A stretch of 64,000 nt of DNA from Cyanophora paradoxa CCMP329 (lineage: Eukaryota > Plantae > Glaucophyta): assembly GCA_004431415.1 (NCBI GenBank), contig QPMI01000143.1:62001-126000 (forward strand), given 5' to 3'. Below, in pieces: positions 1 through 12,771 of the stretch (its first letter is position 1; the number at the start of each line of letters is the position of its first letter). The position numbers were made by a program, and so were the translations under genes. Below the pieces are notes generated by a model. That model was given only the letters and a program-made list of their open reading frames with translations. It ran no database searches and was not told where the DNA came from.

Positions 1-3000
1 CCCTCGCCTCAGCGGGCGGGCGCCGCGAGGTCTGGATTCGAGAGATTCGCACTGACCGGACCAGACCGCTGAAGTCGTATCGCGGGGATGGCTGCAGGAA
101 CTGTTAGTGACGTTTCGACGGTTAGCCAGACGGCGTCGACGCACAATGAGCTCGTTGGGGCTCCAGTCGGTTCGGAAGCTTCCGTTCGAAGTCAGCGCAC
201 CGGTGCTCTGCTCAATACCGGTTAGCATTCTCGTCCAGAGACCTCGGGAAGAAGCTCAAGCGTAAGGCGCGCGGGGCGCGGGCGCCGACCATTGCGAGCC
301 GCATCGCGGCGCGGGAGAACGAAGTGAGCGCCCAGTCCAGGCCCTTCGACGTCTGCGGCCGCAGTCGATCGCGGCTCGGCGAGTTGGACGGCGCCAACCC
401 CGTCGCCGGGGCTTCGAGGAGGCCCACCTCGTCCGTCCGGAGCGTCCGGTTGGCCGCGCCGCACTCGGAAGCATCCGTCCGCAGGCAGGAGCGCGCGTAC
501 ATCAAATCTGACGAAAGGCCGTCCGTCGACGCGCGCGGCGCGATCGACACCGCGAGCGGCGCGGGGCTCTACGGCTAAGAGCACCTGTCATAGCACCGAA
601 GTCGAAGGCCCGCGTGCCCTCCTGCAGCGAAAGTTGATTGGAATTGGAAATGTATACGTAGCGCGGAATTAAAGAGCGGGGTCCAGGACCGGTACCTCAG
701 GATTCCCGAACATGAGGTTGTCGTTCGCCTTGCGGGCCATCGAGATGGACTCGCCCAAGCGCCGCGCCGACTCGCCCTTGCTCGCGATCGCGCCGTCGTT
801 GACCATCATCTCCAGAGTGTACGTCTGCATCTGCCGCGCGTAATACTGACGCAGCCCCGACATGCGAATCTGCGAGACCGCAGCCGTCAGGCCATTCAGA
901 CCGCGGAATATGAATTGAACGCGCGAATTCGATAAAATCGATAGCAGGCACCTCCGCCGGCACTGAGGCGTTGTCGGTCAAGGAGATCATGCACATCATG
1001 TAGATGACGCAGGCGATGATGGCAAGAGACACGACCGACTGCAGAGATGGAAGGGGTTCTGATCAACGGCAACCCGCGGAAATGATGGTGGCGGTGCGAG
1101 AACGAAGCGGGGCACCAGGATGGCCAGAACGCGCATCCGGAAGAAGACGTCGCGCTTCTTCGTCTGGAGACCGCAGTCAACAACTCGCGATCGACGGCAA
1201 AGAAGCCGACACATCAAGCCATGGCCGGCCCAAGGCGTCGCACCCGAACCATGGCGTTCGTCAGCGTCACTGAGGCCCGCCGGATTTCCTCGGCGCCGGC
1301 GGGCATTCCAGAGTTGATCTTCGGCAAAACTAGCCCCGCCGCATCCATCTTCTCGCGCTGAAAGGCGTGCTGTAGCGTCAAGGCACGGCATGTGCACGCG
1401 ACTACAACTCGGAAAGGGCGCACCAGAGTGGCGCCGTCGCCGTCGTCGTTGCCAGGAGCCGCGGCCGACGGGTGGATCTTGGTTCGCCGTCGCAGGCTCG
1501 AGCCGCCCTGCGGCGCAGCTGCAGCGCCCGACGCGCGCGCCTCGTGGTCCGTGTCCCCCGCCGCGTCCGACGCGCGCCGCGCTCCTTTGAGGCCCTCGTC
1601 GGCCGCACGCGGCATGATCGACCCGAGGCCGGCGCCGGCGCCGGCCGCGGAGCTGCGCCGGCTCGCGCCCTCGAGCTCGGCCGCCTCGTCCGGCGGCGTG
1701 AAGCTCGCCCTCGGCGCCAGCAGGTGCGGCGCCGACGGCGCCGGAACGGGCGTGAGCGCAGAGTCGCGCTCGCCGCCCCGCGGCGTGCAGGGCGCCCCCG
1801 CGTCCCCTTCGGCCTTGGAATTCGGGCTCTGCTCCTCCGTGAGATCGAACGTCGTGATGAGCTGGAACGAGTCGGCCCGCGGGGCCTTCGAGCTCTGCCC
1901 GCCGACGCGCTCCTCGCGATCGGACGGCGAGGGGCCCGTCCAATGCGAGCTCGAGCCGCCGGACGCCACGCCGGAGCCGGGGATCGCCTCGACCGTGTCG
2001 GCGTCGCGCCGGCGCCGCGCGCTGGCGCCTGCGGGGGGCGAGGCGACGAGCCACGCCGGGAGCCGCCCCACCGGCTCCTTGTCGTCCGCCCTCGCCGGAA
2101 CTGGGAGTGACGTCAGCTCGACATCGAGCTTCTAAATGCGTGTGTCTAGTTGCAATTGGATAAATTAAACCAGCGCACGCGGCGAGGGGCCGCGGTACAT
2201 CTGCTCGGCGGCGTCTCCCCCCCTCGGGCTGGGCTCGATGGCGTCTCTCGGCGACTCGAGCGCCGCCGGCGCGCGGCCGCGGCCGCGCAGGGCGCCGGCC
2301 CCCACCGAGGACGCGTCCCCGTTGCCCGAACCCGAGCGCGGGGCCGTGGCCGCGCCCTGCTCCTTCCCGCCCTCGTCCGTCTCGTGCCCGCCCTCGTCCT
2401 GGGAGCCGTCGTCCTCGTCCAGGTCCTGGGGAGCGTGCACGCATAAGTACACGCACGCGCCAGGCACTTCACCGCTGTTCTGAACGTCGCGCGGTGGAAG
2501 CTCACCCGCAGCTTCTTGAAGTGGTGCGAGATCTCTCGGATGACTGCGGTCGCGGTGGTCGGGCGGCGCGGGGGCGACGTCGACGCCGACGCCGGCGTCG
2601 GCTCCGGAGCGAGAGAGCGCCAAAGCGAAGAAGACTAGGTGGCTAATAGCCTAAGGTGGCTTAGGTGTGGCGGTAGAGTTAAGACTAGGCTGTGCCCGGC
2701 ACGCGTGGCTTGCTTGCACTGGGTGTCCTTTATCAACTCTTTATCAACTCTCTTAGAGTCTTAACTTTTAATCTCCTTTTTAGGCTATTTCTCCGCACCT
2801 CCGTGGGGGAGGCGCGCGATGATGTGGGCGACGTCGTTCTTCGTCGTCCGCACGCGGTGTATGCTCGGCCTTCGGCGCGCGCGTCAGCGATATCGAAGTG
2901 AGCGCCGATTGCACGGGCACCGCACCTGAGCACGAGGAAGTGCATGCACGCGAGGAGGATCAGGATGGCGGCGAGGAGCCCGGACAGGACCGCCCGGCTC

Positions 3001-6000
3001 TGGTCCTTCTTGTGCGTCATCTGCAGCGCGGAAGGCGGTGATCAGGGGCGCGGCAGGAGCGCTCGGGCTGGTCAGCGAATGCGAATGCCTCGTGGGCGTA
3101 GGCGGAGCCGAGAGCGAAAAGGGCCGATCCGATTCCGCCCGTCGGGATTGCCGTGTTGTCAAGCCTGCGCGGCAGGCCGGGCCCCGTCTCGCAATCGGCT
3201 GCAGCGCGACCCAAAAAAAAGAGCGACGAGAAGGCCGCACAGGAAGCGGACGTGGTAGTTGGAGAGCGAGGCGTTCGGGCGCATCTGGTCCATGCCGAGC
3301 GAGGCGACCTCCTCCGACTCGCTGACCCACCTCCGGAACGCAGTCTGTCGACAAGTCAGTCTGAACCCGCCACGAGACATCGGAGTTCGATTTGAATTTT
3401 ACATATACTCTTCCGGCGCACCCACAGCGAGGTCGTGCGGACCACGCGAACGAACTGCGTGGGAAGCAGATCCGGAGGCGTCAGCGGCGGATGCGGGAAC
3501 ACTGCTTGGCAGAGTGCGGACGTCGCTGGCGTTGACATCGCTGGGGGTGTACTCGACGGTCGCGACGGGCAGCGCGTTCCACGCGTCGAGGACGTCGCGG
3601 AACTGAGAGGGGGGGACGCCCTGCGCTGGCCAGCCGTACAGGTAGAGGCCGTAGCAGGTCTCGCGCTGCAGCGCGATGCGCTCCGAGAAGCGCTGCGCGA
3701 GGGTCGACGTCGGCTCGCGCGGGTGCACGGCGCCGGCGGCCTGAGCGGCGCACGGCTCTGTCGGCGAGGAAAGAAGCCTCGTCGCCCTCGCTCGCGTGCA
3801 GCTGCATCATGCGCAGCCAGTACTGCGCGGGCGATCGCGATGAGGTGGCCTCGAAGCGAAGCGGAAACGGAGGAAATTAAACGGGGGGCACCACGTTGGC
3901 GGAGAACGTCCTGTGCTGCGTCGCCATCTTCGTCTGGCGGAAGAGCGAGCTCTGCGATCGCAAGCCCAGTCAGCCGGATTCGAATCCATGGCCAGGGCCG
4001 AGGACGGGCGCGGAGCGAGGCCCAGGCCTTCCTTCACCTGGAGGTCGGAGAACATGAGGGTGAGCTGGGCGAAGAGGGCCCCCATCAGGCCGGCCGCGAC
4101 CAGCAGCGCAGCGATCACGGCCCATCCGAGCAGCTGCGAATTCCCGAATTTCAGTCCCGCGTGTACAACGTTCGGCCGACGCCACCCAACGCCGGCCGAC
4201 GCCGCCCGAGGGTCTTGGAGCGCACCTTCACGGCGCGAGCCTCCCGCTCCTGGGCGAGGGACGACGAAGACTTTTTGATGGCAGACCACTTGCTGCCCGA
4301 CGATTTCGAGCCGCTGCCAAACGAAAAATGAACTCAAGAGCTCGGAAGCCGAAAGCTGAAGAGAGAGAGGGGCGGACGTGTGGGACGCGGAGCCGGTCTT
4401 GGCCCCCGTCCCGAGCTCGTTGTCGAGCGAGGGGCGGGACTCCTGGTCCTCCAGCTCGTCGGCGCGGGCCAGCAGTTCCTGTCGATCGCGATCGCGAGCT
4501 CGCAGTCAGCCGCGAATCCGAGCGGGAAATCTACGCTGCATCTAGGTGTAGGTCCCACCTGGGCGCGCTCCGGCTCGTTCTCGACGTCCGCGAGGAAGCA
4601 GCCGTAGGACCGTAGGAGGACTGCGGCGCAAGGGTCGGACGGCAGTGCGGCGGCGGCCTTGGATGATTCAAGATGAAAAGGTACCTCTCGAGTGAGGGAA
4701 CTTGCGCAGGAGGGAGCGGTAGTTGTGCCGCGCGGCGCGCTTGCTGCGACCGCGATCAAACTCAGACGTAGATCGAGCCATCAGACACAGGCGGGAAGCC
4801 GGCGCCGGCGGAGCGCACGCGATCTCGATCTTCTGCAGCTGCGAGTTGACCTCGGAGAGGTCCCCCGTGACGCCGAACGAGCGCGCCGCCTTCTTCGCCA
4901 GCCCCGCCCAGAAGGTCTGCGGGGGCCGGGATTCCTCAGATCCTCTAGATCTAGACGAAGGGCGCGAACTCGGAAGTTCACAGCCGAACGCGGCGTGGCG
5001 CGCGCGCCTTGCAGAGGTTGAGCGCGAGGGCGTGGTCCGCCTTGGCCCGCTCGTGCGTCGACTGCGTATGTAAATGGATATTGAATTTGAGTTTCAAACA
5101 AGCCTCAGAAAGTGCCAGAAGCGTTCTTTGAAAATGCAATTGGCACCTGAAATTCGAGGACGGATATGAAGTTGGCGCTGCCCACCGCCCCCGACGTGTC
5201 CTCTCGGTGATCCGCCTTCGAAGGCATTTAATTAGGAAAAGAAGAATTCGAAGCGGGGCAGCAGGAGAAATTAAGCGAGCGCGAGGAGGGGGCCCGGCGA
5301 AGCGGGGCAGCAGGAGAAATTAAGCGAGCGCGAGGAGGGGGCCCGGCGAAGCGGGGCAGCAGGAGAAATTAAGCGAGCGCGAGGAGGGGGCCCGGGCCCG
5401 GGCGCGCCTGCTCCGCCTCGAGGCGCTTGCTGCTGACGAAGTAGCGGAGGTCCAGAGAGGGGCCCTGATCAAGGCTGAGCGCTTCGAGCCGGAAATTACA
5501 CCGAAATCGTGAGACGCACCTTCGTCATGGCCTGCTTGAGCTCCAGGATCGCGGCGTGCGGGTGCCGCTCTGCGTCCTCTCAGCCACGCGAGCTGCCAAA
5601 GAGCGACGAACTCGGTGCCGCACCGTGGTGCTGGAGGAACGAGGCGTAGCAGACGTGCAGGTAGGGGGACTCTCTGTACCGATCGAACCTGCGGTGCCGG
5701 CCGAAGGTCGGTCGGGATCGACCGACACCGCGAGCCCCGGGCGAGGCGGAGGCGGCCCCTGGCCTGACCCGAGGCGGTAGATCGTCTCGACCTCGGCGGC
5801 CCGCGAGGCCCGCGCGGGGTCGGCCTCCGCGATCGTGTCGGACGTGGGGGCGTCGGCCTGCGCAGAATGCGAGAAGGTTAAACGGGCGAGAGCGCTACTT
5901 TGACGTTTACAGCGATCGCGAGCGAGCGAGATCGCGCACCGGCATGTCACCCAGCATTCCGGGCACCAGAGAGTTGGATCGGATCATGGGGTGCGCCAGG

Positions 6001-8620
6001 CCGCGGGGCACGTACTCCCACGCGAACCGCGTCGACAGCTCGACCTGCGAGTCCCGTCAGCTTTAAATTTGGACCGCGTCGGGAACGCCAGCCGAGTTCT
6101 CCACAGGAGCCGGAGCGCACGGGCGCCTCTACGAAGAAGCCGCCCGTGATGTTGAACCAGCGCTCGGCGAACGTGAGCTGGCGCCGCCTGTCGCGCGCCG
6201 CGGAGCTCCGCGGCGAAGTCACGGAGCCCGAGCCCGAGGACGCCAGCAGCGCGGCGACCGTCGCGCGGGCGGCCCCCATCGCGAGGCGGTAACGGACGGC
6301 TGCGCCGCCCTTTAGAATACGCGAAGGCGACGGCCCAAGGCCGCGGAGCGGACCGCAGAGGGCCGCGCAGAGGGCGCCGAAGAGCAGGACGCCGACGATG
6401 AGGGCCGCGCACGTGGCCACGCCGGCCTGCTCGCGCTCGCGGCTCGCGAGGGAGCACGAGGCGGCCGCGAAGAAGGCCACCCCGCCCAGGAGCCCCGAGC
6501 GGAGCCGGTTCATCGCCGGCGAGAAGTAGGCTGCGCACGCGCGCGCGCGTTGTGAGCTCGAGCTCGGGCGGCGGCCTATAATTATGGGCTTCAACTCGAG
6601 CGCACGCTGGAACCATATGAACCCGAACGACGCCGCGAAGGCTCCGAGGAGGATGAAGAAGTTGAGGAGCTGTCGTGGAGTCGGATCAGAGAGTCTCGTG
6701 GAAGAGAGTAGACGCGGGGGAGGCCCGGGGCCGCGCACCACGGGCTGGTTGTGTAGGAAGCGCGATGCGAAGACCAGCAGGACCTGCCACAAACATCGAA
6801 GGTTACTTTTGAGGGTGGCGCCGGCGCGCCTTCGCGCGCAGAATGGCGTTAGCGACCTGGACGAGGAGGTAGAAGAGCCGCACGCGGCCGTGCGCCATCG
6901 CGTCTGACACGGTGAAGACAGGCAACGTGAGACCACGCCCGGGGTGCGAGCAGGAGACGCTTGAGAAAGGGAGGGGGGTGGGGGCCCGGGCCGGGGCACC
7001 GAGGGAGTAGGAGGTGGCGTTGTTGTCGACGAGGAGGAGGGCGATGGTCGCGGCGTAGGGGACGAAGAGGAAGAGGAGCACGGAGGCGATGCCGGCGTAG
7101 GCCGCCCACGGGATCACCGCCGTCTGCCCGAGATCGCGAAGGTCAAGGTGGGCGGGGATCGGCAGTGCGCGCGCGCGGACTCGCCTCGGGCGGGGCCACT
7201 CGGAACCCGACGTCGCCGGGGTCGAGCCCCAGGCTGTACGCCGACGCGAATATCTGCGGACGGGGCGCGCACGCACAGTGAGAAAGGACCGACAGTGCCG
7301 GATCAATCTTAAAGCTTGCAAGTGGTCAATTGCAAGCGCGCACTTGGAGCGTGCTAATGAAGAGCATTTGGATGACGAGCTGCGCATGCGGATCCGGAGG
7401 GGGGCGAGCCCAGGCGCGGCCTCATGATCAGCAAATGATTTACGGCCGGGCGGATCGCGGTGACCTTGAGGAGGACGCGGAGGATCCGGAGGGGGAAGGG
7501 GCGGAACCGCTGCAGGCGCATCGTGAAGCCGACCAGGACGGTGAGTCCTGCGGGCCCATGGCCATCAAGCCCCGAAGCTAAGCGAAGTGGCCACGATTGG
7601 CATTATATTCGATGTTCAGATACTGACCCAGGATAAGAGCGACGATGACTGCCGCGGTCCAGAAGACGGACGCGAAGGAGAGGGAGAAGATCTGCCTCCG
7701 GATGAGGGGGTACAGGTTGACGCCGAGGTCCAGCCAGTTGATCGAGTCGGCGTTCTATTCGCTCGGCAGAGTCAGCGACTAGAGACGGCGCGGCATCAAA
7801 CCAAACGGATCAGAGAGCTCAAGCGGACCCATCCCGCCCGGTTGACGAGCCCGGCGAGCTGGAAGGCGTCGGCGATCGCGAAGAGGACGGGGAGGACGCG
7901 CTTCTGCACGATGCCGCGCGGCTCGCTGGCCGCCGAGCGCCCCGCCTGTTCAGGCCGGAGCGTGAGTTCAATGGAATGAAATTCAGAGCAAGCTTAAGTT
8001 AAGCTTGGAACTTCGGAAATCAAGTATGTACTGCGGCGCACCATCGTGAAGATTATGGAGAAAAGTATCTCCTCGTACTTGCTGCTCTTCAGGCTCCCGG
8101 AGGCCGCCCGGAGGACGGCCGCCGAGCTGGTTCCCGCGCGGGGCGGGCCCGCGGCCGGCGGGCGGGGGCGCTGAAGGTACCCGGGGCCCGGCTGCAGCTG
8201 GCCAGGGCCATGGCCGCTGGCGATGGAGGGCAGCTCACGCTCGAACTGCCCGGAGGGGCGCCCGGCGGGGGGGCTGGTCAGCCCCTGCAGCTGCGCCGGC
8301 GCCGGCGCCGGTCCCCCGCGGAGCATATGCATGCTGCCGGAGGCTGGGATGTGGCCGTGGGACACGGACGGCCTCCGCCGCGCGAGGGCGAGGGCGGTGC
8401 TGACTGCGGCCGCGTGCGCGTCCCGGGCAGCGCTGCTGCGCCGGCTGAAGGAGCCGTTGGTGCCGAACGAGAACGTGCTCGCGTGGTGGCCATGGTAGCT
8501 CGGCCGCTTCGAGGGCAGGCCCGGGTTCGCAGCTGCAGGCGGAGGGCGCGACACGATCCCTTCGTGCGACCGGACCACCGGCTGCGGCTGCCCATGATCG
8601 CTGTCACCGCCCGCAACCAT
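1..8620 (-). CDS. TmcB/TmcC (tiny macrocysts)-like multipass membrane protein, multi-exon, 3' end beyond window start
   Basis: Spliced exons give an N-terminal multi-TM block (PWAAYAGIASVLLFLFVPYAATIALLL, SDAMAHGRVRLFYLLVQV, LLNFFILLGAFAASFGFIWFQ), then TPR-like motifs typical of TmcB/C (ESPYLHVCYASFLQH, PSLDLRYFVSSKR, SVLEFQ, FWAGL, LLRSYGCFLADVENEPERA), more TM segments and a DLMYARSCLRTDASEC...SKGLDW segment. First ATG at 8620. Family recognised from motifs by eye. Confidence 0.7.
2645..2789. repeat. Nested inverted repeats (foldback) inside an AT-rich intron
   Basis: aatagcctaa (2645-2654) pairs with ttaggctatt (2780-2789); agttaagact (2677-2686) pairs with agtcttaact (2757-2766); internal direct repeat ctttatcaact x2 (2728-2749). 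Confidence 0.6.
5249..5395. repeat. 49-bp tandem repeat x3 inside a GC-AG intron
   Basis: cgaagcggggcagcaggagaaattaagcgagcgcgaggagggggcccgg begins at 5249, 5298 and 5347; lies in intron 5216-5407 between exons ...EAEQ and ADHREDT... Confidence 0.95.
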
Positions 8621-9108
8621 TTGCGGCAAGGTGCGCGCCGCTTCTGCTGTCGTCACGTGCACGTGCACCGAGCTCAATTGCAAGCTGAAGTGGAACGAAC
8701 GCCGTCAAGCCGCCGACGGCGCGGCGCATCCACCGCCGTCCCAGCGCGCGTGGCCGGCCGCGGCCGCCGGGCGCTGCGGCGAAGGAAATGACCCGCTGGC
8801 CAGGCCTAGGCTTAAGCTTGCCTTCGAGCTCAACGTTGGACCGTCGGACTAGAGACAGAGCGCCCGCGCCGGCAGCGCTGCTGCTCGCGCACTGGGGCAC
8901 GTGCCGTCCGGGCCCCTTCAAAACGTGCGCTGCGCCTTGCAGTGCAGCTGTCACCGAATGTTTTGGCGAAAGCCGCGCGCTGAGAGGAGGCTTAGGCCGA
9001 CAGCCGGGGGCTGGGCGCAGCTGGGCGCGCGCAGGCCTAGGCCCGGCCGCGCAGCTGCAGCTGCTGTCACCGTTCGGCGGTCGAGCACGGCCGCGGGCCG
9101 CGGCGAAG

Positions 9109-9116
9109 CTTTTATA
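9109..9116 (-). promoter_or_regulatory. Candidate TATA box (TATAAAAG) upstream of TmcB-like gene
   Basis: Minus-strand tataaaag in an AT-rich patch about 490 bp upstream of the ATG, next to a direct repeat aatcaagcaaaccaa x2. No TSS data. Confidence 0.25.
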
Positions 9117-9794
9117 ATCAAGCAAACCAATTTGCAAGCTTTAAGGTTCAAGGTTTACAATCAAGCAAACCAAGCCTGGCAAGCGCCACGCGCCGCGTGA
9201 CGCGCGCCGCAGATGTCGATGCTATATCTAGCAGCGCGCGCTTAGCGCCGCGGCCACAGCGGCGGCAGCGCTAGCAGCTGCAGGCTGCGCATGCAGCGAT
9301 CATCGGATGCATAGTATTGCATACTGTACTAGTATGCTCGCGAGGATGTTCGCTCGTTCGCGCCGGCGCCGCCAGGCCGCCGCCGGCCCGCCGGCCGCGG
9401 CCCGCGGCCCGCGGCGTGCAGCTGGGCTGCTAGCTCTCAAGTGATAGCGTACCCGTTTGGCGGTACCTGGTACCACCGGGTAGCCCCGGGATAAATCCGC
9501 CTGTGAGTTGAACTGACAACCACGTGCAGCTCCAAATTCCCGTAATCGTCATCTCGAAGCTCGGGAGCCTCTCTGGAGCCGGCGACCGGTACCAAGCGTC
9601 ACGGTGGTCCGGATCCGTCTACGTCACCCGTGCGGCCGTGCGGCCAGCCTGCAGCTGGTGGCGCACTGGTCACCGGGTGGGCCACTGGTTGCACGGCGAT
9701 GCACGCGTACGGCTCGGCCCGCACGCGCAAGGTGCACGGGCGGCGGGCCTGGGCTCAGCGGGCTTTAATATGGCCCCTGGGACTCTAGGACTCC

Positions 9795-12771
9795 TCAGGC
9801 TGGATCAGGATTCAGGATCTTTCTTATAATGAAGCTTAAGCCAAGTATTATGCAGCGACTCGGCGAGTGCGCGCGTGCACTGGGCGGGGTGCGGCGGCGC
9901 GCGCTCGCGAGCGGGCGACGCGGCGCGAGGGGCCGCCGCGCCGCCGGCTCGGGCTCGCCCTCCCTACTCGTCCTTCCTCCCTCGGCGGCGGCGGCGGCGG
10001 CGTCGGCGGCGCTCTCGGCGGCGCGCTCGCGGTGCCGTGCCGCCCGCTCCTCCAGGATCTCGTTGATCTTGTCGTCCGAAGCGTTCGCCAGCCCGCCCGT
10101 CCGCGCGTCCACTGCGCCGATCGCGACGCGGTCACAGGCGAGAAGGGGGGGGGGGGGGGGGGGGGGGGGCGCTGCTGCCCCGCCGCACGCACCGACGTTC
10201 CACGCGATCGCGCACGTCCCCCCAAGGCAGATGAAGAGCATGACGAGCATGGGTACTCCCCAGAGCACGCCGAGCGTGTCGGCCGCCTTGCCCAGCGCGA
10301 AGTAGGAGCCCAGCAGCCCGATGTTGATGACCGAGGTGAGCGCCCCGTAGGCCACCCCGTGCAGGCTGCGCGCGAGGGCGGGCAAGCTTAGGCGAGAGCT
10401 CGTGATCGAAGGAAGCGGGCGGGGGGTACCTGGGGTCGACGAGGATGGCCAGGGAGGGCCAGACGGCGGAGGGTACGAGGGAGAACATGCAGCCGATGAG
10501 GGCCATCCTGGCGGGAGGGGGGGGAGGGGGGGAAGGGGGTAAAAAGGGGGTACGTGGAAGAGAGACGGGGGTAGAGCGCACGGGAGGTACGGGGGTAGGC
10601 CGGTGAAGGTGAGGGTGAGCATGCACGGGATCATAACCGCCGCGCACATCGCCGCTGCGCCGAAAGGTGAGAAGGGGAAGAGGCTCGGGGGTGGGGAGGT
10701 ACGGGATGCGGACCGATAAAGGCGCGCTTGCCGACCCTGTCGATGCCCGCGCCGGCGACTGCGGCCGGGGTTAAGGCCGCGGCCGGGTACGGGTCCGTCC
10801 TTCTGAAAATCGCGTACCCGGGGAGAGGAACATGGAGACGGCGCCCATCGCGGAGGTCGCCCGCGCCGCCTGCTCGGCCCCGTACCCGAACTTCTGCTTC
10901 ATAAACTCGCTGCGAACGAAGCGTCGGGGGTACAGGATGTGAAGAGGAGGGTACGTCTGCGCACGGTGCGAAGGCCTGGAAGGGGTAGTACGTCGCGTAG
11001 TAGAAGAAGCCTGCGCGGAGGGGGCGTGGGCGCGGGCGCGGGCCCAGGAGGGAGGGAGGGGGGGCTACGCGGGCGCACAGACGCCGGAGATGATCCAGAA
11101 TACGGTGGGGAGGTCGACGACCGAGGTCAGGATCTCCTTGGCGCTGTCGAGGGGGCCCTTGGGCCCCGCCTCCGCGCCCCCCGCGGCCCCGGGCGGAGGC
11201 TCCTCCGCGTCCGGCCGCGGCGTCGCCCTGTCCAAAGAGCGTTGGGGGCAGGCGGGGTTGGGAGGGGGGTGGGGGGGGAGGGGGGGGAGGGGAGGGGGAG
11301 AGGCGCACGCGGGTATGGCGCTGTCTGCGAGGGAATCGAAGTACCCGTACACGAACATGGAGAGCGATGCCACGGCCGCGATCATCGGCGCTGCGGGTCG
11401 CGCTCAGGGGGGTACGCGCGATTCGAGGGGGGTTGCGGCGCGCCCGTGAGGAGGGAGTATTGGTACCCCCCGAGGCGCTCCGCGAGGGGCGGCGCGAGGT
11501 TGAACGAGAGCACGTCGCCCTGGGGGTACGTGAGAGGGTCAGAGGTTCGAGAGGGCCGGGGGTACGGCGCACGAGGCGGCCTGCGAAGGCGCCGATGCCG
11601 GCGGCAAAGGCCATCCCTGGCGTGAAGTAGGTCGTCAGCGGGGGGTACAGGGGGAGGGGGGGAGGGGAGGGAGGAAGGTACCCCTCCCGCTGAACCACTT
11701 CGCATACAGGACGTCCATCGCCACTGGGGTGGGGGAGGTGGGGGGGGGGTACGAGGTGAGGATGAGGGGAGGGGGCAGCGCGGCAGGGGTACGAGGGGCA
11801 CCGTTGAGGCCCTCGGAACCGATTCCGAAGAGGACGCGGCCGATAAGCATGATCCAGTACGCGTCCAGGAAAGGCCTGGGGCGGGGGAGGTGTTCGGGGG
11901 GAGGGTACGCTCTTTTGCGCAGGGGTAGGGTGGTACGCGGACCCCGCGGCGACGATGCCGACGCCGAGCAGCACGACGAGGGCGAAGATGATGGAACCGC
12001 GGCGGAGGCCCACCCGGTCTGCGGCCGGCCGGCGCCGGGCCGGCGTGGGCGGGCGCGGGGGGCGGCGGGGGGTACGGGGGCGCGGCGGACCGATGATGGC
12101 GCCATCCACGAGGGGCATGATGATGTTGGGCAGCTCGTACGCCGTGTAGAGCTGGGCGAACCCCGTGTTGTCGATCGCGAACGACTGCGGCGAGGGCGGC
12201 CAGGCGTCGGGCCTGGGCGGCGGGCGGCGGGCGGCGGGCGGCAAGCAGAGGGCGCTTCCGAATTTCGGGGATCCCACCTCCTTGATGTAGCTCTGAAGAG
12301 CCGAGGCGATTTCGTAGCAGTAGTAGTTGGAAAGGAGGGGGAAGAGGCTCTGCGGGCGGCGCGGCGGGCGTCGGTGCGCCCCTGCGCGGCGCTGGGCGGG
12401 CGGCGGGCGGGGCAGCCGACCAGGACAAGCACGATGTTGCGGATCGTTTCGGCCGATAGCGAAACGCTATCAAAGAAGGGGACGAGGATCTCGAACTGCG
12501 GCGAGGGGCGTCAGCGGTGCCGATCAAATGCGGCGTCGGGCCGGGCCTGCCTTCTCTGGGAGGACGGCATCCGCCTCCGCGACGCTCGTTCTCTTCTCGT
12601 CGCTCCCGCTGCGGCGCGGGTGAGGGGACGCGCGCTCGCCTTTCCGGGAGCGGGCGGCTGCTGACCTCGCGGCGATGAAGAACCGACGGCAGGGCGCGGC
12701 GAAGCTGCGATGGCCGCTCGAAGATACACCGAATACACGCCTTTGGGCGCGCTCGGAGAGCCGCGTCCCAT
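9795..12771 (-). CDS. MFS transporter, MFSD1-like, multi-exon
   Basis: Exons give SNYYCYEIASALQ, FAQLYTAYELPNIIMPLVDGAII-DRVGLRRG (MFS motif A), MLIGRVLFGIG, LYAKWFSG, FFYYATYYPFQAFA, GIDRVGKRA, GVAYGALTSVINIGL. Start and extreme C-terminus uncertain; one apparent 1-nt indel near 12330. Confidence 0.8.

Noticed and set aside
5249-5395. CRISPR-like array
   Set aside because: Repeats are contiguous with no spacers, inside a eukaryotic intron; no cas genes.
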